A stretch of DNA of 40,712 nt from Candidatus Peregrinibacteria bacterium (GTDB lineage Bacteria; Patescibacteriota; Gracilibacteria; Peribacterales; Peribacteraceae), in NCBI GenBank assembly GCA_016201685.1, contig JACQCJ010000058.1, forward strand, positions 1 through 40,712, written 5' to 3'. Positions within the stretch are counted from its first letter, which is position 1. Every line of letters begins with the position of its first letter. The notes below the pieces were generated by a model. That model was not told the origin of the DNA, made no database searches, and saw only the letters and a list, made by a program, of their open reading frames with translations. The translations under genes and the position numbers were made by a program. Positions 23,582-30,784 of this stretch are shown here, one piece after another.

Positions 23582-25168
23582 ATGTCTTCGAAGTCATTCA
23601 CCATCGTGTTCCGTAAGGAAGAGGAGTCATGGCATACATTCATCCGGAAGATCCATGATGTCGAAGGAGAGCTCTTGATCGTGCTCTCTCCCGGCGATGC
23701 GAATGCGCTCTTGATGGCGGATGAGCGCGATGCATTCTTCGAGGAATGTGCGAAGATTCGCTACCGCTTGCGCATTGCGGTCAGGCATCGCCTCCTCGCA
23801 CGGGAGATGGGGCTGCTCGGAATTTCTGCAGAACGCTCGACGCGGAGCCTTCGCCGATCCCTGAGAGAACATCCACAGATGGAGGAAGCCTTGCGTCATT
23901 TTTCACCCCACATGTGGCGGCAACAATGGCGTTCCCGGCTCCAGGGCGCGGGCCTGCTCTCCGTGCCCAGAGTCCGCATCGCGATTCTCATCGGTCTGAG
24001 TTTCGTGCTTTTCCTCTTCGTCGTGCTTCGCCTGCTTCCCTCCGCGCAGGTGCGTGTCTGGCCGCGGCAGGACACGATCAGCGAGACGATGAACATCTAT
24101 CTTCTGCTCTCCGGCGCAACGATCGGAGAACCAACGCGCGTGCGGACCCTGCCGCTGTATCCTTTCGATGTCACCGTCCATACTTCCCTGACCTTTGATC
24201 AGATCAGCAAAGTGTTTACCGGAACCGACGCGGAAGCGCCGATGACGATCTACAACGTCGGGACCGGAGAGTTCATCCTTCGGAAGGGGAGTCGTCTCGT
24301 GAACCAGGCCGGGATGGTCTTCCACATTGCTGCTTCCGTCGATGTCCCCGCGGGGGGGCACGTCACTGTCAAGGCAAAGGCCGATCCACAGGATCTCTAC
24401 CGTGAGAACATCGGCGAGCGCGGCAACGTTCCTGCAGGTCTGCGATGGGATTTCGTCGGCTTGAGTCCGGACGACCGCAAGGTCTTGTACGCTGTGAACA
24501 CGGGACCGGGCAAGGGGGGGATGACGGCTTCGAAGTCGGTGTTCCTGCCAAGCGATCTCCAGAGTGCCGTCGATGCCCTCAAGCAGTCGCTCCTGGCACA
24601 AGCCAAGAAGCTCGTGGAAGAACACCGCCACATCGCCAATGCGCAGGATCGGACTCGAAGCTTCGAATTCCTCACCAAATCGGATGTCACGCATCTCCGC
24701 TACAGCGGGTTCGTGCTGCCGGTGGAATCGCTGAATCATGAAGCCGCGACTGTGACCGTGTCCGGCAATCTCACGTACCGCGTGTTCGCTTACGATATAC
24801 AGCAGATACTCTCCATTCTGCGCAGCGAGAATGCCGCTCACCTCTTGGAGGGCAAGCAGCTCATGCAGGATTCCCTCACGCCGGACCGCTTGCGCGTCTA
24901 CGTGATCGCCTACGCCGACGATCTGACGTGGATCAAGATCACGACGGACCTTGCGGGAACCGAGGAATTCATTCTTGATCCCCTCACGCTCGCGGGCGCG
25001 CGCTTCAGCAAGCGGCTGCGCGAGCAGATCGCCGGGCTTTCCGTCCGCGATGCGCTGCGGATCGTCCGCAATCTTCCCGAGATCCAGAAGGCCGAGATCA
25101 GCGTGTGGCCGCCCTGGAGCCGCATCGTGCCGATGATTCCGACCAATATTGAGATTGTTCCTCAATGA
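23582..25168 (+). CDS. Hypothetical single-pass membrane protein (528 aa)
   Basis: Cytoplasmic N-terminal region, TM helix IAILIGLSFVLFLFVVLRLL, then a large beta-rich ectodomain starting VRVWPRQDTISETMNIYLL. No family firmly recognised. Confidence 0.65.
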   Translation: MSSKSFTIVFRKEEESWHTFIRKIHDVEGELLIVLSPGDANALLMADERDAFFEECAKIRYRLRIAVRHRLLAREMGLLGISAERSTRSLRRSLREHPQMEEALRHFSPHMWRQQWRSRLQGAGLLSVPRVRIAILIGLSFVLFLFVVLRLLPSAQVRVWPRQDTISETMNIYLLLSGATIGEPTRVRTLPLYPFDVTVHTSLTFDQISKVFTGTDAEAPMTIYNVGTGEFILRKGSRLVNQAGMVFHIAASVDVPAGGHVTVKAKADPQDLYRENIGERGNVPAGLRWDFVGLSPDDRKVLYAVNTGPGKGGMTASKSVFLPSDLQSAVDALKQSLLAQAKKLVEEHRHIANAQDRTRSFEFLTKSDVTHLRYSGFVLPVESLNHEAATVTVSGNLTYRVFAYDIQQILSILRSENAAHLLEGKQLMQDSLTPDRLRVYVIAYADDLTWIKITTDLAGTEEFILDPLTLAGARFSKRLREQIAGLSVRDALRIVRNLPEIQKAEISVWPPWSRIVPMIPTNIEIVPQ

Positions 25169-25173
25169 GCGAA

Positions 25174-25231
25174 AATGACCGATGACCGATGACCAGTCGT
25201 TGGTCATTGGTGCTCGGGTGATTGGTCATTT
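25174..25231. repeat. Imperfect palindrome built from GACCGAT/ATTGGTC heptamers
   Basis: AATGACCGATGACCGATGACCAGTCGTTGGTCATTGGTGCTCGGGTGATTGGTCATT, followed by a T-rich tract. It may also act as terminator for the upstream gene. Confidence 0.6.
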
Positions 25232-25243
25232 CCTGTTTGTTGT

Positions 25244-25272
25244 TTGCACTTGTCGGACCAAAGAGATAGATT
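25244..25272 (+). promoter_or_regulatory. Promoter of the small zinc-ribbon gene (leaderless geometry)
   Basis: TTGCAC (25244-25249), 17-nt spacer, TAGATT (25267-25272), then 8 nt to ATG 25281. Confidence 0.4.
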
Positions 25273-25280
25273 CGGATCTT

Positions 25281-25526
25281 ATGCAGGAAGTCCGAATCGA
25301 ACCCATCGATGAGACCGCTCAAAAGCTGCCTTGCCGATGTGGGAAACCGGGTCACGGATGGGATCGCATCGAAGATGTCGTCTGCTGTCCGGAGTGCGAA
25401 GAACAGCTTGCTGTCGGCGAGGCAGAACCGCTCACTCTACGCACGCGGCGGCGGGATGACTGCGTTGCGTGCGGCAAATCAGGAAGCATCTGTTTGCGGA
25501 CTGCGTATCCGCCGAAAGAAAAGTGA
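25281..25526 (+). CDS. Small Cys-rich (zinc-ribbon-like) protein, 81 aa
   Basis: MQEVRIEPIDETAQKLPCRCGKPGHGWDRIEDVVCCPECEEQLAVGEAEPLTLRTRRRDDCVACGKSGSIC... has CxC, CCxxC and CxxC pairs. It has its own promoter upstream and a terminator at 25623-25652 downstream. Confidence 0.45.
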   Translation: MQEVRIEPIDETAQKLPCRCGKPGHGWDRIEDVVCCPECEEQLAVGEAEPLTLRTRRRDDCVACGKSGSICLRTAYPPKEK

Positions 25527-25622
25527 TCGCCGCGATCGATCTTTGTGGAGAGCACATTCGTGCGCTTTTCGGCAGGCGTCTCGGTCCCTATGCATTTCGT
25601 CGGCTTCGTCGGAGCTTGAATC

Positions 25623-25652
25623 TCGCTGGCGTTCCACGCGAGCGAATTTTTT
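25623..25652 (+). terminator. Rho-independent terminator
   Basis: TCGCTGGCGT-TCC-ACGCGAGCGA (10-bp stem with 1 mismatch, 3-nt loop) followed by ATTTTTTG. Confidence 0.6.
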
Positions 25653-25709
25653 GCTCCATGAACCTTTCTACGACGATCAAGGCCATGCTTTGCAACCAAT
25701 TTCATTCGA

Positions 25710-25738
25710 TTGAGCGCCACATTCAGCTCCGCTATCAT
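25710..25738 (+). promoter_or_regulatory. Putative promoter of the DUF218 gene
   Basis: TTGAGC (25710-25715), 17-nt spacer, TATCAT (25733-25738). ATG 25753 is 14 nt downstream. Confidence 0.35.
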
Positions 25739-25752
25739 TTTTGTCCTTCCGC

Positions 25753-26373
25753 ATGCAGTTTTCCCGTGTTCGCCGCCGCATCGTCGTCGCAAGCGTGAGC
25801 GCGTCGCTCTTGGTTGTGTTGATCTATGTCACGACGATCGGATGGGTGCTCGCGCACGAGAGGGGATCGGCCCACCTCCCCGCCGAGTGCGGCATCGTCT
25901 TCGGCGCGACGGTTCACGTCGTGTGGAATGAGGCGGGAACGACGATCATCGGATCGGAGGCGGGCCCGGGCATCCGGCGAAGAATTGACACGGCCATTGA
26001 TTTATATCAAAAAGGCCTTATTCACCGTCTTTTCCTCACAGGAGGAAAAGGGGAGGGGATGATCCAGAGCGAAGCCGAGGTGATGCGGCGGCTTGCGGTG
26101 CGAAGCGGCGTTCGAGCAGGGGATATCGTCACGGAACCCGCCTCGCGATCCACGAAGGAAAATCTCGAAGACGTTCGTCCACTCGTGGCTACGTGTTCCT
26201 CGGTCATCGGGATCAGCGACGGCTACCATCTTGCGCGAATCGAGTTTCTTGCTCGTCAGCAAGGCTGGAACTTGACAACCTATCCATCCGAAGTTCAGAC
26301 ATCATTATCCTTCGAAACGGCCAGCGTTCTGCGCGAAGCGGCCGGAATTCTGTATTACATGGTGTTACGGTGA
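25753..26373 (+). CDS. YdcF/SanA-like DUF218 family protein with N-terminal TM anchor
   Basis: IVVASVSASLLVVLIYVTTIGWVL anchor. GIVFGA...RRIDTAIDLYQKGLIHRLFLTGGKG....SEAEVMRRLAV..GV....I..E..SRST.EN...GISDGYHLARI is the typical DUF218 core. An alternative TTG start lies at 25741. Confidence 0.8.
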   Translation: MQFSRVRRRIVVASVSASLLVVLIYVTTIGWVLAHERGSAHLPAECGIVFGATVHVVWNEAGTTIIGSEAGPGIRRRIDTAIDLYQKGLIHRLFLTGGKGEGMIQSEAEVMRRLAVRSGVRAGDIVTEPASRSTKENLEDVRPLVATCSSVIGISDGYHLARIEFLARQQGWNLTTYPSEVQTSLSFETASVLREAAGILYYMVLR

Positions 26374-26392
26374 TAGGAATTTTTCATTTGCC

Positions 26393-26414
26393 AAAGCAGA
26401 ATCGATTCTGCTTT
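26393..26414 (+). terminator. Perfect 22-nt palindrome AAAGCAGAATCGATTCTGCTTT (terminator of the DUF218 gene, or a recombinase site)
   Basis: Lies 20 nt after the stop at 26371-26373 and is followed by TATGTTG. It can also be read as an 11-6-11 dif-like site (26390-26417) about 300 bp upstream of the xer-like gene. Confidence 0.4.
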
Positions 26415-26717
26415 ATGTTGAATTCTTTTGAATCGCCCTGTGGAAAACTCCTGCGATGGAAGAGCGAAAGGAAAAGTGCGACGTTCGCAGTATTTTTTAG
26501 ATTTTTATTTTCCTTTGCACTTCGCCATCGATGTCCTCAAATATTCAGATCTCAAGGTCATCTCATACCCAAGAGTTCCGAAACGAGCCTCTACGGGGCT
26601 GTTTTGAGGGAAGTGCCAATTTGAGAAGGATTTTGGCCTCAATCAGCTGATCCTCTTTTGAACAGATTCTGGCAATGTCTTCTTGATATTCAAGATAAGA
26701 TGCATTATGTTGAAACT

Positions 26718-27659
26718 ATGAAACTACAATTCCACTCCCCTCTGGCCAGCGCCATCAACCGCTATTTCTCTTTTTTGAAGTCGGAAGAAAACAAATCGAC
26801 ACTCACCGTCCAAAACTATCGTCAGTCGCTGGATCTTTTTTTGACACAATCCCCTCTTCAGGATGTAAAAGGCTTTTCAAAAGAAGCCGTCCGCGCTTAC
26901 AAGGAGAAATTGCATGAATTCCGCACGAGACAGGGGAAGGAATTATCCATCCGGACAAAAAATCACCATTTGACGGTGTTGCGTGCTTTTCTTCGGTATC
27001 TGATACAAGAAGAAGAATTGGATACCTATCCGCCAGACCGAGTGAAGCGATTCAAAGAAGAGCAGAGGAAAGTCAAAGTGTTGTACATCGATGATCTGAA
27101 AAGGCTGTTGGAAGCGCCCGATCATGAAAGCAAGGATGGAAAGAGAGACCGGGCCATATTGCAACTTTTTTTCTCCACGGGTTTGCGTCTGGCTGAATTG
27201 CGGTCGCTCAATCGCAAAGATCTGAATTTTCAGACACGCGAGATCAGCGTGCGCGGCAAACGAAACAAACTCCGGGTCGTGTTTCTCTCGGATGCCGCCG
27301 TTGACGCATTACAAACGTATCTGAATGTTCGCCTTGATCATCTTCATCCGCTTTTCATTCATTATAACGATAAGGCTGCGCAGGAGATGCCCCCGGGGGA
27401 GAATTTTCGCCTGACCAGTAATGCCATTTACCGCATTGTGAAGAAATACGCCCGAATGGCGGGGATCGTTTCCGATCCTTCTCCTCATACTCTGCGCCAT
27501 TCCTTCGCGACTAATCTGCTCCAAAACGGCGCCGACCTTCGTTCCGTTCAAGAAATGCTCGGTCATAAAGATCTCTCGACAACGCAGATCTATACGCATG
27601 TCACCGATCCTCAGTTGAAAGAGGCCCACAGGAAGTTTCATGGCCTTCGTAAGGAATAA
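26718..27659 (+). CDS. Tyrosine site-specific recombinase, XerC/XerD-like
   Basis: N-terminal SAM-like domain (TVQNYRQSLDLFL, NHHLTVLRAFLRYL). Catalytic core: RDRAILQLFFSTGLRLAELRSL...ISVRGKRNKLRVVFLS...PHTLRHSFATNLLQNGADLRSVQEMLGHKDLSTTQIYTHV (R..HxxR..Y). Start taken at MKLQFHS (26718). Confidence 0.88.
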   Translation: MKLQFHSPLASAINRYFSFLKSEENKSTLTVQNYRQSLDLFLTQSPLQDVKGFSKEAVRAYKEKLHEFRTRQGKELSIRTKNHHLTVLRAFLRYLIQEEELDTYPPDRVKRFKEEQRKVKVLYIDDLKRLLEAPDHESKDGKRDRAILQLFFSTGLRLAELRSLNRKDLNFQTREISVRGKRNKLRVVFLSDAAVDALQTYLNVRLDHLHPLFIHYNDKAAQEMPPGENFRLTSNAIYRIVKKYARMAGIVSDPSPHTLRHSFATNLLQNGADLRSVQEMLGHKDLSTTQIYTHVTDPQLKEAHRKFHGLRKE

Positions 27660-27675
27660 TGCGCATTCTCACACT

Positions 27676-28034
27676 ATGGAAAAGGCAAGAAAAGGTATGG
27701 TTGGCATCTATCAGATTTGGCGAATGGCACTCATATCAACAGAGCATTGCAGGAATCTTGGAAGAAGCATGGTCCGGTCTCTTTTCAATTTTCGATTCTG
27801 GAGATCATCGGTGATACAGATGCTCTTCCGGAACGTGAGATCCATTGGCTTGAAAAGACAGGAGCACTCACTCTTGGCTTCAATACGAAAACCGATCAAT
27901 ACAAGGATCGAACATTGATCAGTGTTCATAGAATGACAAAGAATCAGAAAACTCATGGAATTTTTCAAAGCGGGAGGCGGGAAAGGAAGTTCATAAAAAA
28001 TACCACGGACGAAGCGAGAAACGGGTCACCCTGA
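27676..28034 (+). pseudogene. Decayed GIY-YIG (homing-endonuclease-type) nuclease gene
   Basis: The GIY motif is in one frame (MEKARKGMVGIYQIW, from 27676). The later part of the domain is in another frame (27717-: ANGTHINRALQESWKKHGPVSFQFSILEIIGDTDALPEREIHWLEKTGALTLGFN). The YIG..R segment between them is absent. Confidence 0.5.
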
Positions 28035-28075
28035 GCCCGCCAGCCCTAGCCGTTCGGACGGGTCGAACGGGTGAC
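28024..28075. repeat. REP-like inverted-repeat element GGGTCACCCTGAGC...GTCGAACGGGTGAC
   Basis: GGGTCACCCTGAGCCCGCCAGCCCTAGCCGTTCGGACGGGTCGAACGGGTGAC, with terminal inverted repeat GGGTCACCC / GGGTGAC. It sits between two relic copies of the xer 3' end. Confidence 0.65.
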
Positions 28076-28139
28076 GAATCCCAGTTGAAAGAGGCGCATA
28101 GAAAATACCACGGTAGGAGCGAGTAGAGGGTCACCTCGA

Positions 28140-28781
28140 TTATCGTGCGCCTCCTTCTGTGCACGGCACCGTGGGATCCGCGATGCAGTTCTCCGTGGGC
28201 GGCTTGCCGCGTTCGGGACAGGTGCGCGAGTAGAGACAGGCATCGCTGGCCATTCCGCTCAGCGCTCGTTGAATGCGCGGGGTGTCCCGCCACGATTCAG
28301 CGACGCCATAAGCGCTGTAGTAGACCAGAATCTGATCATCGTCCTTGAACATGTAATTCCGGACGAAGGGAATCTCCACGCCGTTCACGAACATTCTGGG
28401 ATTGGGCAACCAGGTACAGTCATAAGGGGGGCTGCTTGTCTTGTGGAAAACGCAATCGAGTTCAAACCCGATTGAATGGAGGAAATCGCCGAAACCGAGC
28501 CCAGTCTTGTGTCGGTGGATCACGTGCCCGTTCCCATCGTGGAGGTGAATGTACAGGCGGGGATCAACTGGTTTGAGTTTCGCCTCTTTCTCTTCCGTCA
28601 TCATGTACTCCGGGGCGGAGAAATCGATTTTTTCCCATCCGTCCCACACAGCAAAATCCGCATGCGCGTGGTTGGGATCGGGATTCTTCGCGGGCTCGGC
28701 GACGATCGAAACGGAGGAAACATACATAATGACCACGACAGAGCCGATGAGAAGCAGGAACGCCCAGACAAGATGACGCAT
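28140..28781 (-). CDS. Secreted/anchored His- and Cys-rich protein of unknown function (213 aa)
   Basis: N-terminal anchor LVWAFLLLIGSVVVIMYV. HAHADFAVWDGWEKIDFS...YIHLHDGNGHVIHRHKTGLGFGDFLHSIGFEL. 6 Cys in the C-terminal half. I recall similar uncharacterised proteins in uncultivated bacteria and archaea, but no named family. Confidence 0.65.
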   Translation of the reverse strand: MRHLVWAFLLLIGSVVVIMYVSSVSIVAEPAKNPDPNHAHADFAVWDGWEKIDFSAPEYMMTEEKEAKLKPVDPRLYIHLHDGNGHVIHRHKTGLGFGDFLHSIGFELDCVFHKTSSPPYDCTWLPNPRMFVNGVEIPFVRNYMFKDDDQILVYYSAYGVAESWRDTPRIQRALSGMASDACLYSRTCPERGKPPTENCIADPTVPCTEGGAR

Positions 28782-28825
28782 AATCGAAAGTGAACGCGGT
28801 CAGAAGGATACACCATTCAAAGGAA

Positions 28826-29344
28826 TCATTCCTCAATGATGATCTGTCCGCGCATGGTCGTGTGCCCCGAGCCGCAGGGAATGGAACAGAAGAAGTCGAA
28901 GGTGCCCGCGCGGTCGGTGGGCAGATCGAAGGTGGCCTTCGCTCCCGGCGTGAGCGTCTCGTTGATGCCAAGATCCGGGGCGGCGAAGCCGTGGGGAACG
29001 TCGAGGGAATATGCCACGATCGTGACCTTCTGCCCTTTCTTCACACGAATGATCGCCGGCGAGAATTTCCACTGCTGCGCGGTGACTTGAATCACCTTCA
29101 CCGAGGGCGAACTTTGCTGCGCGGTCGCGCTCGAGCGGGAACTCTGCATCGAAGCGCTGCTGTGCCGCGTCATTGCTGATGACGAACTGCTCTCCATCAT
29201 CGATGCGCTGCTCGTGGAGATATCGATGGAGGAAGAATGCGATTGATCGGAGGTTGGCGGCGTCTCAGCTGGAGTACAGGCGGAGAAGAGGAGAAGGAAT
29301 GCAAGGGGGCCGATGAGGAGGAATTTCTGGGGGGGCATAGGCAA
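28826..29344 (-). CDS. Cupredoxin-domain lipoprotein (type-1 copper site-like ligands)
   Basis: Lipobox LLLFSAC, a Ser-rich linker, then VIQVTAQQWKFSPAIIRVKKGQKVTIVAYSLDVPHGFAAPDLG...GTFDFFCSIPCGSGHTTMRGQIIIE (His...Cys..His..Met pattern). Confidence 0.75.
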   Translation of the reverse strand: MPMPPQKFLLIGPLAFLLLFSACTPAETPPTSDQSHSSSIDISTSSASMMESSSSSAMTRHSSASMQSSRSSATAQQSSPSVKVIQVTAQQWKFSPAIIRVKKGQKVTIVAYSLDVPHGFAAPDLGINETLTPGAKATFDLPTDRAGTFDFFCSIPCGSGHTTMRGQIIIEE

Positions 29345-29426
29345 TGGGAACGATGCATCATCCTAAAACAGAAACGCCGGGGAGGCAATGAAGATGGATA
29401 CTTTTTCCCGTCCAAGGCGTGTCTTG

Positions 29427-30032
29427 TCATCTTCGAAACGGGATGGAATGACGAAGCAGTAGGAGATTGCGAAAGAGAAGCGCCACGACAAGACCGTCCG
29501 AGCAGGTTACGTACAGAGGAAAGAGCGCATTTGCGATGGTCCATTGATGCACATTCACGAGCGCAATCGCCCCACCCGCGAACCAGAGAATCCACGCCAA
29601 GAGATTCTCCGAAGCAGGATTCTTGATCGCTTTGCGGAAGGTGGAAAGCCAGGCGAAGAAATCGATGCCAAGAATGAGCAGATGCGGAAGCAGGGGCGAC
29701 GATATGAGCCACCAGAGAATGGCGCAGGCAAGAGCCCCGACAAGACACCAACGATCAACGATCGTCACCCCCTTCTTGCCGTAGGGAATTGCAAGCGCAC
29801 TGATGATCACCTGTCCGGCAAACGATCCGAAAGCGACTCCCACCGCTGCAGTCGAACCGAGTTTGACATACGTCAACGCAAGAAGAAGACCGACTGCGGA
29901 CCAGATCCACCAGGAGACTCTGCTCGGTTGCGTTTGGCCTCGGAGAATTGCGGCGATGTACGGTACGAACGCGAGTACGCTCAGCATTCCTGAGAGGATG
30001 TTCAGCATTGCAGAATTGTATACTCGTTTCAC
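29427..30032 (-). CDS. Hypothetical 6-TM membrane protein (201 aa), possibly PQ-loop-like
   Basis: Hydrophobic helices throughout. LSVLAFVPYIAAILRGQTQPSRVSWWIW is reminiscent of PQ-loop/SemiSWEET repeats. Weak call. Confidence 0.55.
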   Translation of the reverse strand: MKRVYNSAMLNILSGMLSVLAFVPYIAAILRGQTQPSRVSWWIWSAVGLLLALTYVKLGSTAAVGVAFGSFAGQVIISALAIPYGKKGVTIVDRWCLVGALACAILWWLISSPLLPHLLILGIDFFAWLSTFRKAIKNPASENLLAWILWFAGGAIALVNVHQWTIANALFPLYVTCSDGLVVALLFRNLLLLRHSIPFRR

Positions 30033-30250
30033 TCAATAATCTCACAAAATCTGGAGAGCCAGCAAACTCTCCAAAGAATACTCCGTAGCTTTCATGCGTC
30101 GTCATGTGAGGAAATGGAGAAAAAGGATGTTCATTGAAAATTGAGAAAATGAAAGCAAAGGAATATACACGGACGAAGGCTGCCTGAGCGCCCTTCTTTT
30201 TCTCAATGAGAGGAGCTAACATCCGCATCGCTGCTTTCAATCATTCCACT

Positions 30251-30326
30251 GCCACGGTAGCTCAGTTGGTAGAGCACAGGACTCATAAGCCTGGGGTCGT
30301 CGGTTCAATCCCGACCCGTGGCACCA
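30251..30326 (+). tRNA. tRNA with CAT anticodon (elongator Met or lysidine-modified Ile2; not initiator-like), CCA encoded
   Basis: GCCACGG-TA-GCTC-AGTTGGTA-GAGC-A-CAGGA-CTCATAA-GCCTG-GGGTC-GTCGG-TTCAATC-CCGAC-CCGTGGC-A-CCA. It lacks the three G-C pairs at the base of the anticodon stem that initiators have. Confidence 0.88.
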
Positions 30327-30492
30327 TTCGACTCGCAGTTCGTGTGCGAACTGCTCGCTCACGGTAAACCACGATCACTATTTGCAAGCGAGGCAAATGA
30401 CAGTGAGCGAAGCGCCGCAGCGCGAAGTCGAACTGCCCTACAAAACAACACACAAACCGTCTGGTATCATCACTGCCATACCCTGGTTCACC

Positions 30493-30720
30493 ATGAGCGC
30501 CGTCGAATGGTTCGTCTACATCGCACAAGCTCCGACAGGCCGGTACTACACTGGCATTACGACTGATCCCAAGAGACGCAATCAAGAGCATAACCGTGAT
30601 GAAGGTGCGAAATTTGCACATGATCAAGATGCACTGAGACTCCTCTACACATCGCCTCCTTTTCCAGACCAATCCGCGGCCAGGTTTCGAGAAGTACAGA
30701 TCAAAGGTTGGACACGCTAA
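30493..30720 (+). CDS. Small GIY-YIG nuclease family protein (YhbQ/UPF0213-like)
   Basis: MSAVEWFVYIAQAPTGRYYTGITTDPKRRNQEHNRDEGAKFAHDQDALRLLYTSPPFPDQSAARFREVQIKGWTR has (W)FVYI...YYTG...R..EH...E..IKGW.R. Confidence 0.75.
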   Translation: MSAVEWFVYIAQAPTGRYYTGITTDPKRRNQEHNRDEGAKFAHDQDALRLLYTSPPFPDQSAARFREVQIKGWTR

Positions 30721-30784
30721 GAGTACGTTGTACCTCATCATTTTATCTCACTACCACAGCCAAAATGCGCTATAGTTCTCCACT

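Noticed and set aside
24911-24922. YADD tetrapeptide (VIAYADDLTW) in the 23582..25168 protein, reminiscent of the reverse-transcriptase active site. I checked this in case a DGR or retron was present.
   Set aside because: None of the other RT motifs are present. The protein is a single-pass membrane protein with a beta-rich ectodomain, and there is no template/variable repeat pair nearby.
25460-25798. Possible programmed -1 frameshift at A-AAG-TGA (25518-25526), fusing the 81-aa zinc-ribbon ORF to the overlapping ORF 25469..25798 (..VIAAIDLCGEHIRALFGRRL..).
   Set aside because: A strong Rho-independent terminator (25623-25652) lies inside the would-be extension, and the extension would also run through the promoter and start of the next gene. 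The downstream frame has no recognisable domain. It remains a weak possibility only.
26415-26717. The 300-nt AT-rich gap upstream of the xer-like gene, considered as a possible ncRNA (tmRNA, SRP RNA or RNase P RNA) or a small ORF (69-aa MLNSFESPCGK...).
   Set aside because: I could not find any of the conserved sequence blocks of those RNAs or a tRNA-like end. The small ORF has no supporting promoter or SD and no recognisable motif.
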